Positions 28,401-38,230 of a DNA stretch of 62,807 nt are shown here, one piece after another. This DNA is from an uncultured virus (IMG/VR IMGVR_UViG_3300027732_000008) (lineage: Duplodnaviria > Heunggongvirae > Uroviricota > Caudoviricetes): IMG/VR virus record IMGVR_UViG_3300027732_000008; one strand, written 5' to 3'. The position numbers were made by a program, and so were the translations under genes. The notes below the pieces were generated by a model. The model worked only from the letters and a program-made list of their open reading frames with translations, had not been told where the DNA came from and ran no database searches. The stretch's first letter is position 1. Each line of letters starts with the position of its first letter.

Positions 28401-31400
28401 TCTGTCGCCTACAATACAAGACAGCGTGATTGCAAGATCACTCAGTGGCTGGCGCTGGTGGAGGAAATTTATTTCCAAATTGGAATCTAATTTTAATTTG
28501 TTAGACTTTAATTTAAGCACTCCACGAGAAAATCTTGACCGCATCTTAGAAGAATCATTGCTGGGACTTACCTACAGTTCCCCAGATGCAATTTCTGGCA
28601 TGGCTGTTTCAACCAATGGTATGAATAAAGCCAGCTATGTTGTTAATAATGGCACATTGACATTTAATGTCAACACTGGTGGCAACGGAGTCGTATACTT
28701 GGACTTTTTTGGTCCGGATATTGTGTATGTTTACGCCAACGGCGAACTGGTATCCAAGAATGATTATGCAGTAGATGCCTACGCCGCTTTGGTCACATTT
28801 AAAACTGCACCAGCAGATGGAACTCAAATTGAAATTTATCATTCAAGTCAGTCTGGTGTATACAGTGGAATTCCAGCCAGTCCAGCCAAGCTTGGGCTAA
28901 GTGGAGTATACCAGCCTGGATTTGTCACAGAAACATGGGGTCAAAATACACGCAAGTATATTCAGCGACATGACGGCAGTAGAATTGCCATGTACGGCAC
29001 AGATGAAGATGACCTTCGTAATTTAGTAATCTTAGAGTTAGAAACTAGAACATACAACAACTGCATCCATTTGGTGGGCGCAGTAAATCAACAGCGACAA
29101 TACAGGGCGTATCGTAGCTTGCCAATATTAGAAGCACAGGCCAAAGCACAAATTGAATGGTACACCACAAACAACATTGACTATCAGGAGCGATCAGATT
29201 TTGATGCAGAAGATGCATGGACATGGAACTACAATGGTCTAAGCTGGAGAGCAATCTATATAAATGCATTTGACACTTATCAATTGGATACGGCTCCGTG
29301 GGAATCACTGGGTTACGATTCTGCGCCCACTTGGTGGAACAATTACTACTCTTGGACAGATGCAACAAAACGAAGTGCATTGGAAAATGCCCTAAGATTT
29401 GGCATTGTGACCGAGCCAGGAAAGCCAGTGACTGTGGCCGTCAGCTATCGTAGAAATTTTGACACATTTCCTGTGGATCAAGCTGGCAATCTAATAGATC
29501 CAGTGGCGTGGAATACACCTGCACCCAGCTCTGATGTTGCCCAGCAACCGTGGGAGATTGGATCATGGTCACCTGTAGAAGTGGCCTGGCGTCGAAGCAT
29601 TGCTGGCGCATGGGACAATGTTTTACATGCCATAGAAGATTATGACATTGTTCATAACTTCATGGATGAAGCAATCAATCCTTTTGTCAATGACACAGAT
29701 ACCAATAGTCCAAAACAAAAAGGAACCAATACATTGCCACCAGGACAGTTCTTTCAAGATCGTCCAACAATTGGTATGGGTTCAGTGTTATTTGAAGCTT
29801 ATAGAGAATTTAATTTAACTGGGCAAGCACCGTTAAACGAACTAATGTCATTGGACAGTCGATTACAATTTGGAGTTGGTGGCTTTAGTGATGGCGTAAT
29901 CACACTGAAAATGTATTACGCAAAATTTAAAAATGGATTCTACATTCCTGCCGAAGACTTCTTAATGACGTTGAGCCCCGGAGTCAGCACTTCTAAATTA
30001 AGATATAGTGCAGTACGAGTTGAAAAAGATGGTGACGGATTTAGAGTGTATGGTTTTGATCCTGGTCACAAATATTTTACAATTTTCAAACCATCTGCTC
30101 AAAGTTTAACAGAAAGCTATCCAACATCTCGTAGCCAGATAGTGACTCCAAACGGAACTTTTGTCAGCTACTCTGATTGGGATAATATCTCACATGAGTT
30201 GCAGTATGGATCTTATATCAATGATAAACAGGCTCTGTTTACTTTCTTTGAAGGCCTACAAAAATATCAAGAGTCACAGGGACTGATCTTAGATCAAGTC
30301 AACAGTCGTGGCACTATAACAAATTGGCAACAAGCTGGACTTGATGCACTGACATGGATCGCAGAAAACTGGGGAACTGATCACTTTTGTTTGGTTGGCG
30401 TAGCAACAGAAGACGGATTAAAATTTAGTCATGCTCGAGGAACCTTGGACAGGTTAGATGCAGACTTGGGTCGAACTGGTAAGGTATTGTTTTCAACTGG
30501 GCGTTCTGCGCTATCAAATGAATTACAAATCACAAGAGAGTATGAAAAGAATGTAGATAAGATTGTACCAACTGCTGGTCAACAAATTGTATTTGTCAAC
30601 TTTTCCACTAGAGATTATGATCATGTTGTGTACATTAATCGTAAAACCAAGTTTGGAGATTTGGTAATTGATCTGCAGACTGGAAATAGAATTGATGTGC
30701 TTGGGTTATCGGCTCGCCGAACAAATGGTTGGACTGGTCGTCCAACTGCTCGCGGTGTTACACTTACACCAGCAGGCCTAATTCCTGGCTTTGATGCGTT
30801 GGTCAGTGATATCGTAGACAGCCACAAGCCAGAGCAAAATGCATTTGACTCAATCAAAACTGACATTGCAAAGTCGGATGTTGTTCCTGCTAAATCAACA
30901 ATCATTGATCAGTTGATACAAGATAAAAGCACTCAGCATTTTTACAAGCAAGGCCTACAAACTGCCATGGGTACAAACCTGGCTGTGGATGCACTACTAA
31001 GAAATTCCAAGATTGATATTCCAGGCAGACAACAAGATATTGAATTGAATGAACAGTGGTTGATTACCACTGGCAACTTTGGCAATTTAGAAAGCGAAAA
31101 TATTTGGGAAGTTGAATTAAGACGACAAGATTTTACTGCAAGCAAGCAAGTGGTGCGTTTCCAACCACGCGGCTACGGTGGAATTATCAGCACAAATAAT
31201 GGATCTCGCCCCACATACCTATACGACAGTTTAAGTGATAACATCATTGATATCTGGGAGAAGGACAAGCGTTGGGTAACCAAACCACTTCGTCCATATG
31301 AATTTGCCACCATTGATCGCAGTACTCAAACTGGACTGGACGACACTAAGAATTGGTTACCAAATGCTGGTAATCCACAATTGTTCAATACTGACATTGA

Positions 31401-34400
31401 AATGCGTGAGTTGGGCAATTTAACACTGGCCAGTTTTATCAATGTTGATCAGACTGATAACTCAATCTTGGCCAATGTCACAGTTGATCCAGCAAATTTA
31501 TTAACCACATCAGATATTTTTTCAACCAACGGATTTAGCATCTACAACAATTATCAACCCAGCGACCTATGCTGGCAGGAAGGCAACTTGTACAGAGCCA
31601 AGGCCAAGATAACCGGCTCATCAACCAGTGTATTTGATTCTACTCAGTGGAACTTACAACCAATTGATGGCAGACTATTGCCAAATGTTTGGGTCAGCGA
31701 CTATGGCTTTAACATTAATACCAAATACAAAGGCAGTTGGACGGCATCAACATTGTACAATGTTGGCGACATCATTGATATAAATGGGTTTTACAATGTT
31801 TGTATCAAGCCGCACACCAGTGGCAGTACATTTGTTAACAATAGCATTGCTGAATTAAAAATTACACAAAAAGGTTTAAATTATCAAGTTGGTGACCTAA
31901 TCAAATCTGGATCAACCATTGTTGGAAATGTCAGCGCAGTTGTCAATGGCACAATTAAAACTGTCAATGTGGTAGATACGGTAGGTGGGTACAATCCAGA
32001 AACCACAGTGATTGCAGTGGCAGGTGGCAGTGGAACAGCACTATTAAGTGCAACATATAAGAATGATACAATTCAACAAACCATCACTGGTAGAATTGGA
32101 ACAGCTAATATGCCAACTGGTATCATTGGATTTGGCAATAACTACACCTTAGATAATACCATTGTAACAGTGAATGGCACTGGCACTGGTGCACAGATAG
32201 TTCCAATCATTGAAGATAACATTTCCAGCGGTACATTTACAAGATACAATGTAATCAAGACCTTTGGTTATTTGAATGCTGGAACAGGTTATGCGGTAGG
32301 AGATTTATTAGTTGCACAAAAAGATACAACCTCACAGTCTGCAACGGACGCAGTATTCAGAGTCTCTGAAATTAATGCGTTGACGTCAACACCGTTTGCT
32401 GTAAATTATACATCAGGCAATATTGGCCTATTTTCGCAGTCAACTCCACCATTGGTTGCTTGGGTCAGCGGAATTGACCAGGATAATTTTAAAATTTCAA
32501 CTGTTGAAAAGGCTAGCATTTTATCTGGTGCCGCTTCATTCTATACAACACTGAAACAGATAGTGCCAACTTTAACAAACGCAGATATACAATCATTTTT
32601 ATCTGAAGTGATAGACGATGTTAATACTGAAATAATTTCATACATTGGAAATAACAATGTGTATCTTGCAGGGCCTGATTTTGGTGTTGAGGGCGAATTA
32701 AAAAATGTCACAGGCGGCTCATTTGACATTGGTACCAATCGATATACTCGAGGCACACTGGCCAATGCAAATGTAAAAGTTACTGCCAGGGTCGTTCCTG
32801 ATCTAATAAGTCAAGTAGACTTAGACAAGGAAATTGACAATCTTGTTACATTAATAACCAGTAATGCGGCCTTTGCTGGATCAGTAACTACCGCACAAAA
32901 AGCACAATTAAAAACAGAACTAGTGTTAATTTTTGATTTAATAATTGCGATATTTGAAAATATTGAAGACAATGTCGACTTGTACAATTACAGCAAATCG
33001 CCAATAAGCAGTTTAGCAAATGCAAACAGTATTAAAAAATTAGTAATAATTCCAAACGATGCCACTTTGGCCTTGGGCGGCCAATCATATGCAACCAGAA
33101 GTTATAACCTTGTTAATAAAACAGGAACTGGTGTTGGCGGCTCAATAACTGTTACGGCAGTACAAGATGTAACACTTCCATCGCTTGCACGATCACAAAA
33201 TGGTGTAATCACCGGCTTTACAGTTACAACACCGGGCCAAGGATACACACAAGGTACAACAATATCTGTGACAAGACGAAACCCATCCAGGGCAACAGCG
33301 GTAATTACCAATGGCGTCATAACAGCAATTAATGTACTTCCAAGTGGTCAAGGTAGCAACATTTTAGTGGCTGCTGATATTAAAGTTGTTATTAATAGTG
33401 GTTCTGGTGCTGGTTTTACATACACTCCAAATATTGTAAATGGAAAGTTGACCAGCGTAACAGTGATCACAGGTGGTAGTTCTTATAGTGCTAACTCAAC
33501 AGTGACAATTATTGATCCGTATTGGACTGATGCAGATTCATCAGATGTAACTGTTGGCTTTTTGGCACCAGTTACTTTAACTGTAAACCGAATTGGAGTC
33601 ATTGATAAAATCAATGTCTTAGATGGCGGAAGTGGCTATACTACAAGTTCAATCATTACAATCACCGATTCAACTAGATCCACTGCATTGTTGCCTGCAG
33701 TCGCAACAGTCACTGCCACAGCTGGTGGTGCAATCAACAGCGTTGTAATTACAAACTCAAGTGCTGTATTTGATCAGATACCAACGCTGACAGTCACAAG
33801 CCAAGCAGGCTCTGGTGCTGAGATTACTGCATCAGTTACATCATATTGGAAATTAAAAACAACTGGTTATGGATGGAACATTCTACAAACATTCAGTCCA
33901 ATGTATGTTGAAGAAACTTGTCCAAATGCATTAGACACCTCTGCAAATGAAAGCAAGGTTACTTTTGCTGATCCGCATGGATTACGAGCACAAGACTATA
34001 TTGTAATGGTTGGAAACAATGACGGAAACTATGACAAAGTTCATAAGGTATTAAAAGTTGTTGACGATTACAACATCTTAATTCCAGCAAGAAGTAGCTC
34101 AGACCAAATTGTTTATAATACTGTTGCATTCAAACTGGCTCCGGTTAAATTTGAGACCATTGCTGAATACAATCAAAGTAAAACGACTCAAGCATGGCTA
34201 AAGGGCATGAGAGCATACATTGACAATACTGGTCAAGGATCTGTGCCATACAACAACAAGTTCACAGTAATTGTGTATGGCGCAACAGCAAACGATGACT
34301 TGGTGATTGAAAGTGAAGCTCGTATGACTGATCCATATGCTATACATAAGGTACAGATACTCGACGAAAAAACTGAAAATATACTTGGTACATTAGAAGT

Positions 34401-36507
34401 GTACGATCCGTTTAAAGGTGCCAGCATCAATGAGATGGCACAATATATTAACCACCGCCAACCAGTTGATCCAGCATCATATAATGTTGATGAACTTGGG
34501 GTGTTGAATAAATTTATTACCATGTCATGGGGTAAACAAGACATTGGAAAAACTTGGTGGGATACCAGCAGAGTTCGATACATTGAATATGAACAAGGCT
34601 CATTGAGTTATCGTGCAACCAATTGGGGCAAGCAGTTTGCCGACAGTGAAGTCGTAATTTACGAATGGGTTAGTTCAGTGGAAGAACCAACAATAGATAC
34701 TCCTGGCCTACGACTAGATGACAGCAGTGGCATAGAACAATTACGATATTCAATCATTGAAGAGCCACAACCAAACGGTGGCAAAATTGCAACATATTAC
34801 TACTGGCAACGAGGCGTAGCCAAACTGCCAACAAACATGGATCGACCATACACCTCTGCATCAATTGAATTTGTTTTAAATGATCCAGATGCCAATGGCA
34901 TTGCATGGATGAGTCCAATACAAGTAACATATGATGCAACTGGTGCAACATCGGCCAGTATCATGATTGCAAACATCAGTAAATTCTTTAGCGGTCGAGA
35001 CAAAGTAATTCTAAGAATTGAACAGAATAAGAAACCAGAACAAAAACACAATACTGGTATACTGTTAACAGAAGGAATGGCAGGCAGTGTGATTCCAGAT
35101 TATCCAGTGACCAGATTGCGTGACAGTTTGGTTGGATATGACAATTACAGAATGTTGCATGATGTAAGACAATTTGTTGTTGGACAAAGCTATGCGCCTG
35201 GCGAACTAATCACAACAATAGATCCTACCAGCATAGATTTTACATACACTAATGCATACGGTGGACTTGATATTCCAGTGCTACCAACAATCAATGCCAA
35301 CAGAGAAGAAGTTCAATTTGTCTGGCAGGATGATGGATCTGCATCGTTTGGAGTATTCCGAGTGACTCGAGGCTTCAGCAATGCAACATCATTTGATAGT
35401 ATTGTTAATAACCTTGCAAGATTTCAAACAGCATTGGTAAAAAATGTGCTGGAAGAAAACAAATACTATGCAGTTATTGTCAAGTCTAGACAAGTTCCGG
35501 ATATCAATTTACATCCGTTGAGAAGATACGGCAATGAATATAGTCCGTTGCCACAAAGCTGGTATAAGAATTTGCAAGATGCCCGTAGAACTTTTGTTGA
35601 TGTTGTCAATGATAAATTGGCACAAGTGAATGCTGTTGATAAATTTGAATGGGACAAATATCTAAGAATTTGGCAACCATTGCTTGGATCAAAAGCACTG
35701 GATGTAACTCAATACTGGTACTATGTAGATTACAAAGTAGATGATTATTCTCCGGGCAACGAAGAAATTAGAATTCGTTCGTTTACAGAATTGCTAAACT
35801 ATGTGAATCCAACAAAGTTTGCCTTGGTTGACAGCGATAACAATATTCAATCTGTTTATAGAGTTGACAATTTAGATACCAATCAGTTTACTCTATTGTA
35901 CAAGAAGAATGGTACTATACAATTCTATCCAATTTGGCGTACCAGCGGATGGGATGTCAAAGAGTGGGATGGTTATCCATGGGACGAAGGATTCACTGAT
36001 ATTTTTGCAATAATACTAAAAGCTCTCAGAGAAAATATCTTTGTTGGCGATGCTGTTGGTTATTTCAATCTGGTGTTCTTTGCAACGGTCAAAGAAGCAT
36101 TGGTACAAGATCCATTGGCAGATTGGATATTTAAAACTACCTATCTGACCTTTGACTCAACCAGCAACAATGACCTGGCACAAGTACCAATTTACTATGA
36201 CAAGAAAGATACGCTGATTAAAAAATACATCACTGAAGTTAAACCTTTCCACAGTGAAATGTTAGATCGCGGCACAGTCAATAAGTCATTGCAACAAGTG
36301 GCAGTTACTTTAGATGAAAACCTAGAGTTAACAATAGTAGAAAAGAACATCATTGGTGTTGAGCCTGGCTATATTCGACAGATTGATCGTAGACGAAATG
36401 GTACTCCGGAGCCAGTCATCACATACGATAAACTATCAACCGAGGATCTCCGTCCATTATTGATAAACATTACAACGATTACACAAGTATTAGTTGATGA
36501 AGATTAA
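25417..36507 (+). CDS. Giant virion structural/baseplate protein (3696 aa)
   Basis: A single 11-kb ORF after the gp6-like gene, with DKFINWPDYYW, WD-rich motifs, beta-rich GxGY repeats and C-terminal YITEVKPFH. Confidence 0.8.
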   Translation: MAQDPTKINPVSTSVKTYPGERLDELALPTVPELLPSIFRTDTNKKLIAAVMEDMFQPHAMEDLNYSVGRRTTKSLVNDYLPHPTAKRQLEPGLLVYRADNSPATLSADEVAHGWGLNDRTKETTVPVSILDLPIDPDKFINWPDYYWIQEGMPVIFITGTETETFDIQNDILGKPAYTTVLQRSGKRLELKNGMRVVFNNVPSAEATFNKPARIGTVPILSNFVIDTVTNGKSSLDIECDFVAYDRSKIIVTVDGIVKTFKVDYDVIANTIHWNGTVPSVDLPVNLNCVEYFLTTDEDSNKASRRWQIAGVGTAGGIRLLSRTHQYTNTRYSKAIQTLWDKTAVPWDSVEWDGAIKGINEKHYILEKVGARTRNTNSRVNVWYHKDTIQTTADYLNINFNDIVTSSGSNTNALPAQALRPIVEFDDTLELFNHGIFFRAWPNLVTSIDGVAVSDFINLPIVDLDLEILNSKYISTTRKLQIEPDIIVRALSQGNNIQTALNRSSFTIQEFDELLNTVSQKILYEVANGKIIWLKNQPEHWSITYRISGVPVDKLRILWLVNDIYKNKIINVLSNETVTNGFVPETARNRDAVLIDTPYSTDANYLLEYHWVNGQAILAQTRLSRTQQPLFELYDSTNVKLSNNPNNPDIKSSAIIEIVNGDKYDAESGYNLKFLPSQFSELTADNTASDAMYDIVYNHTLQNFAYYNQGTASKTVSGPYQFRRVTDNTPLINQLSIGYSRAWFRLKSWAIRTVADFDNSTVELDATMWPKYDWGIKVINNTLRAVYLDNFSIVAKNLPRIAAGESANFTVFVDGNPSVATISGVDMTSFDVDIVNNYFTFVVPADAPSKLTITIDGKSIQAKVIDVKQDPRNVKVKLNGLPVDYSFTVVRDSSWAITSVQLQADGQGTLEIQHQGDHADNDHITAIPGLVFNPEQNINLGEFTPSRLVHNMTSSINANKRSDSQSWNSVDYVFDADGAIMADNSSMRSAWTSFRLSPTIQDSVIARSLSGWRWWRKFISKLESNFNLLDFNLSTPRENLDRILEESLLGLTYSSPDAISGMAVSTNGMNKASYVVNNGTLTFNVNTGGNGVVYLDFFGPDIVYVYANGELVSKNDYAVDAYAALVTFKTAPADGTQIEIYHSSQSGVYSGIPASPAKLGLSGVYQPGFVTETWGQNTRKYIQRHDGSRIAMYGTDEDDLRNLVILELETRTYNNCIHLVGAVNQQRQYRAYRSLPILEAQAKAQIEWYTTNNIDYQERSDFDAEDAWTWNYNGLSWRAIYINAFDTYQLDTAPWESLGYDSAPTWWNNYYSWTDATKRSALENALRFGIVTEPGKPVTVAVSYRRNFDTFPVDQAGNLIDPVAWNTPAPSSDVAQQPWEIGSWSPVEVAWRRSIAGAWDNVLHAIEDYDIVHNFMDEAINPFVNDTDTNSPKQKGTNTLPPGQFFQDRPTIGMGSVLFEAYREFNLTGQAPLNELMSLDSRLQFGVGGFSDGVITLKMYYAKFKNGFYIPAEDFLMTLSPGVSTSKLRYSAVRVEKDGDGFRVYGFDPGHKYFTIFKPSAQSLTESYPTSRSQIVTPNGTFVSYSDWDNISHELQYGSYINDKQALFTFFEGLQKYQESQGLILDQVNSRGTITNWQQAGLDALTWIAENWGTDHFCLVGVATEDGLKFSHARGTLDRLDADLGRTGKVLFSTGRSALSNELQITREYEKNVDKIVPTAGQQIVFVNFSTRDYDHVVYINRKTKFGDLVIDLQTGNRIDVLGLSARRTNGWTGRPTARGVTLTPAGLIPGFDALVSDIVDSHKPEQNAFDSIKTDIAKSDVVPAKSTIIDQLIQDKSTQHFYKQGLQTAMGTNLAVDALLRNSKIDIPGRQQDIELNEQWLITTGNFGNLESENIWEVELRRQDFTASKQVVRFQPRGYGGIISTNNGSRPTYLYDSLSDNIIDIWEKDKRWVTKPLRPYEFATIDRSTQTGLDDTKNWLPNAGNPQLFNTDIEMRELGNLTLASFINVDQTDNSILANVTVDPANLLTTSDIFSTNGFSIYNNYQPSDLCWQEGNLYRAKAKITGSSTSVFDSTQWNLQPIDGRLLPNVWVSDYGFNINTKYKGSWTASTLYNVGDIIDINGFYNVCIKPHTSGSTFVNNSIAELKITQKGLNYQVGDLIKSGSTIVGNVSAVVNGTIKTVNVVDTVGGYNPETTVIAVAGGSGTALLSATYKNDTIQQTITGRIGTANMPTGIIGFGNNYTLDNTIVTVNGTGTGAQIVPIIEDNISSGTFTRYNVIKTFGYLNAGTGYAVGDLLVAQKDTTSQSATDAVFRVSEINALTSTPFAVNYTSGNIGLFSQSTPPLVAWVSGIDQDNFKISTVEKASILSGAASFYTTLKQIVPTLTNADIQSFLSEVIDDVNTEIISYIGNNNVYLAGPDFGVEGELKNVTGGSFDIGTNRYTRGTLANANVKVTARVVPDLISQVDLDKEIDNLVTLITSNAAFAGSVTTAQKAQLKTELVLIFDLIIAIFENIEDNVDLYNYSKSPISSLANANSIKKLVIIPNDATLALGGQSYATRSYNLVNKTGTGVGGSITVTAVQDVTLPSLARSQNGVITGFTVTTPGQGYTQGTTISVTRRNPSRATAVITNGVITAINVLPSGQGSNILVAADIKVVINSGSGAGFTYTPNIVNGKLTSVTVITGGSSYSANSTVTIIDPYWTDADSSDVTVGFLAPVTLTVNRIGVIDKINVLDGGSGYTTSSIITITDSTRSTALLPAVATVTATAGGAINSVVITNSSAVFDQIPTLTVTSQAGSGAEITASVTSYWKLKTTGYGWNILQTFSPMYVEETCPNALDTSANESKVTFADPHGLRAQDYIVMVGNNDGNYDKVHKVLKVVDDYNILIPARSSSDQIVYNTVAFKLAPVKFETIAEYNQSKTTQAWLKGMRAYIDNTGQGSVPYNNKFTVIVYGATANDDLVIESEARMTDPYAIHKVQILDEKTENILGTLEVYDPFKGASINEMAQYINHRQPVDPASYNVDELGVLNKFITMSWGKQDIGKTWWDTSRVRYIEYEQGSLSYRATNWGKQFADSEVVIYEWVSSVEEPTIDTPGLRLDDSSGIEQLRYSIIEEPQPNGGKIATYYYWQRGVAKLPTNMDRPYTSASIEFVLNDPDANGIAWMSPIQVTYDATGATSASIMIANISKFFSGRDKVILRIEQNKKPEQKHNTGILLTEGMAGSVIPDYPVTRLRDSLVGYDNYRMLHDVRQFVVGQSYAPGELITTIDPTSIDFTYTNAYGGLDIPVLPTINANREEVQFVWQDDGSASFGVFRVTRGFSNATSFDSIVNNLARFQTALVKNVLEENKYYAVIVKSRQVPDINLHPLRRYGNEYSPLPQSWYKNLQDARRTFVDVVNDKLAQVNAVDKFEWDKYLRIWQPLLGSKALDVTQYWYYVDYKVDDYSPGNEEIRIRSFTELLNYVNPTKFALVDSDNNIQSVYRVDNLDTNQFTLLYKKNGTIQFYPIWRTSGWDVKEWDGYPWDEGFTDIFAIILKALRENIFVGDAVGYFNLVFFATVKEALVQDPLADWIFKTTYLTFDSTSNNDLAQVPIYYDKKDTLIKKYITEVKPFHSEMLDRGTVNKSLQQVAVTLDENLELTIVEKNIIGVEPGYIRQIDRRRNGTPEPVITYDKLSTEDLRPLLINITTITQVLVDED

Positions 36508-36528
36508 AGCGGGTTATAAAAAAATAAC

Positions 36529-36534
36529 TAAATA
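36529..36534 (+). promoter_or_regulatory. Late promoter TAAATA, 5 nt before ATG
   Basis: CTAAATA-TTGAT-ATG (36540). Confidence 0.65.
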
Positions 36535-36539
36535 TTGAT

Positions 36540-37166
36540 ATGAATATACAAGAGTTACCAATCAGCATAGAAACTTTTATTACGATAAAAGACTTAAACA
36601 CCGGTAAGATTCTGGTAGAAGGCTCAAATGCTATCCACCAGGAAAATATGAGTGTGGCGCTGTCGCTTGCATTGGCAAGAAGTGCCGGATCATTTATCAG
36701 TGAAATGCACTTTGGTTGTGGAGCCGCCATCATTGCAACAGATGGCACAGTAACTTATAGAAAACCAAATATTGTTGGTATAGGTGCAGATTTGTACACT
36801 CCAACTTATTTCAGGGTAGTTGACGACAGTGATATCAATAGAATGGAAGAATCATCTGATGGTGTAGTTATTCAGCACAATGTTGGATCAAATTATTCTG
36901 ATACAATTGTAACTGCTACGCTTGCAAATGATGAACCATTGGCAGTAGATAGCACATATAACACATTTGATTCAACAAGTTCAAGCTTGGATGCAACCAC
37001 AATATACGATGGCGAATTTGAGTTCAATGAAATAGGTTTAAAGACCAAAGGGGACACTGGATTAAATTCAGGTACCTTGCTTTCGCATTTTATCTTTCAC
37101 CCGGTGCAAAAAAATGCAGACCAAACAATTCAAATTGTTTACACCCTCAGAGTCAGGGCTGGTTAA
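36540..37166 (+). CDS. Virion structural protein (baseplate/fibre attachment, putative)
   Basis: NAIHQENMS...FNEIGL...LSHFIFHPVQK...IQIVYTLRV, resembling tail-collar/fibre N-terminal domains. Confidence 0.65.
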   Translation: MNIQELPISIETFITIKDLNTGKILVEGSNAIHQENMSVALSLALARSAGSFISEMHFGCGAAIIATDGTVTYRKPNIVGIGADLYTPTYFRVVDDSDINRMEESSDGVVIQHNVGSNYSDTIVTATLANDEPLAVDSTYNTFDSTSSSLDATTIYDGEFEFNEIGLKTKGDTGLNSGTLLSHFIFHPVQKNADQTIQIVYTLRVRAG

Positions 37167-37216
37167 TGGATAAAACTAAATAGCATAATGGCAAATTAGC
37201 CAAAAGGATAAAAGAA

Positions 37217-38230
37217 ATGGCATACAATGTAACTAAAAGTGACGAAATGACACCACTGGTAACGCTACTAGACGGTGAAATTGACACTACATCAACTGAC
37301 CTAGTATTACTTGGTAAAAACTACCTGGGATACGGTGAAATTATTGCTGAAAACTTTGCCCGCCATATTGAAAACTTTGCAGGTAAAGCAAGAGGCGAGT
37401 TAAATTCGCTCAACGGTCAACTATACTTCAACAGGGACCCTGCAATGACACTGGCAGTTCCAATGTTGACAGGAACTCTTCCACCAACATTACAATTGCA
37501 TGTTGGTCCAGACTATCGCAACCGTCCAGAAGATTGGATGAACATCACAGCATTTAGCGATGGCAACGGAATTTTTGAAGTAGATATTAAAGATGCAATT
37601 CCAAATACACCGCCCCACAAGTGTATAAAGATTATGGTTAAGAATGTGTTAGTTGCAATTTTAAGTGTAGATGCAGATTTTGTTCCAGCCAGCACTGAAG
37701 GACTAGCTGTATTTTGCGGCGGAACTGTTGGCTCTCCCAATGTAGACGACGGTGACTACAACGATGCAGGAACAATTGGTCGCGGATTGAACTTGAATTC
37801 AAGTCAGGACTTTAAAATTCGCGGCGTTGCAGTTGAAGCTGAGTTTGCTGACGTTGCAGAAATTTATGTTGGCGATGCAACTTATGAAGCTGGTACTTTA
37901 GTAAGCCTAGGTGGCGAAGCAGAAGTTACACAAACCACCAGCATTGCTGATACCAATGTGTTTGGTATTGTTTCATCGCGTCCTGCTTACTTGATGAATA
38001 CTAGAAAGAAGAATGCTAAAAATGCATTGGCCATTGCTGTGGCTGGTCGTATTCCAGTAAAAGTCAAAGGCAAAGTAAATCGCGGCGACAGATTGACTGC
38101 TAGTGATGTTCCGGGTGTTGCACAAGCGGCATCAGTTGACTCTCCAGCATGGAGCATAGTTGGTCGCAGTTTGGCTAATTTTGATGGCGCAGGAATTGGT
38201 AAAGTTGAAGCAACAGTTGGAGTAAGATAA
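37217..38230 (+). CDS. Tail fibre/spike-like protein with a C-terminal chaperone/peptidase-G2-like domain
   Basis: N-terminal LVLLGKNYLGYGEIIAENF..ENFA; C-terminal ADVAEIY..YEAGTLVSLGG..FGIVSSRPAYLMN..IAVAGRIPVKVKG. Confidence 0.7.
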   Translation: MAYNVTKSDEMTPLVTLLDGEIDTTSTDLVLLGKNYLGYGEIIAENFARHIENFAGKARGELNSLNGQLYFNRDPAMTLAVPMLTGTLPPTLQLHVGPDYRNRPEDWMNITAFSDGNGIFEVDIKDAIPNTPPHKCIKIMVKNVLVAILSVDADFVPASTEGLAVFCGGTVGSPNVDDGDYNDAGTIGRGLNLNSSQDFKIRGVAVEAEFADVAEIYVGDATYEAGTLVSLGGEAEVTQTTSIADTNVFGIVSSRPAYLMNTRKKNAKNALAIAVAGRIPVKVKGKVNRGDRLTASDVPGVAQAASVDSPAWSIVGRSLANFDGAGIGKVEATVGVR

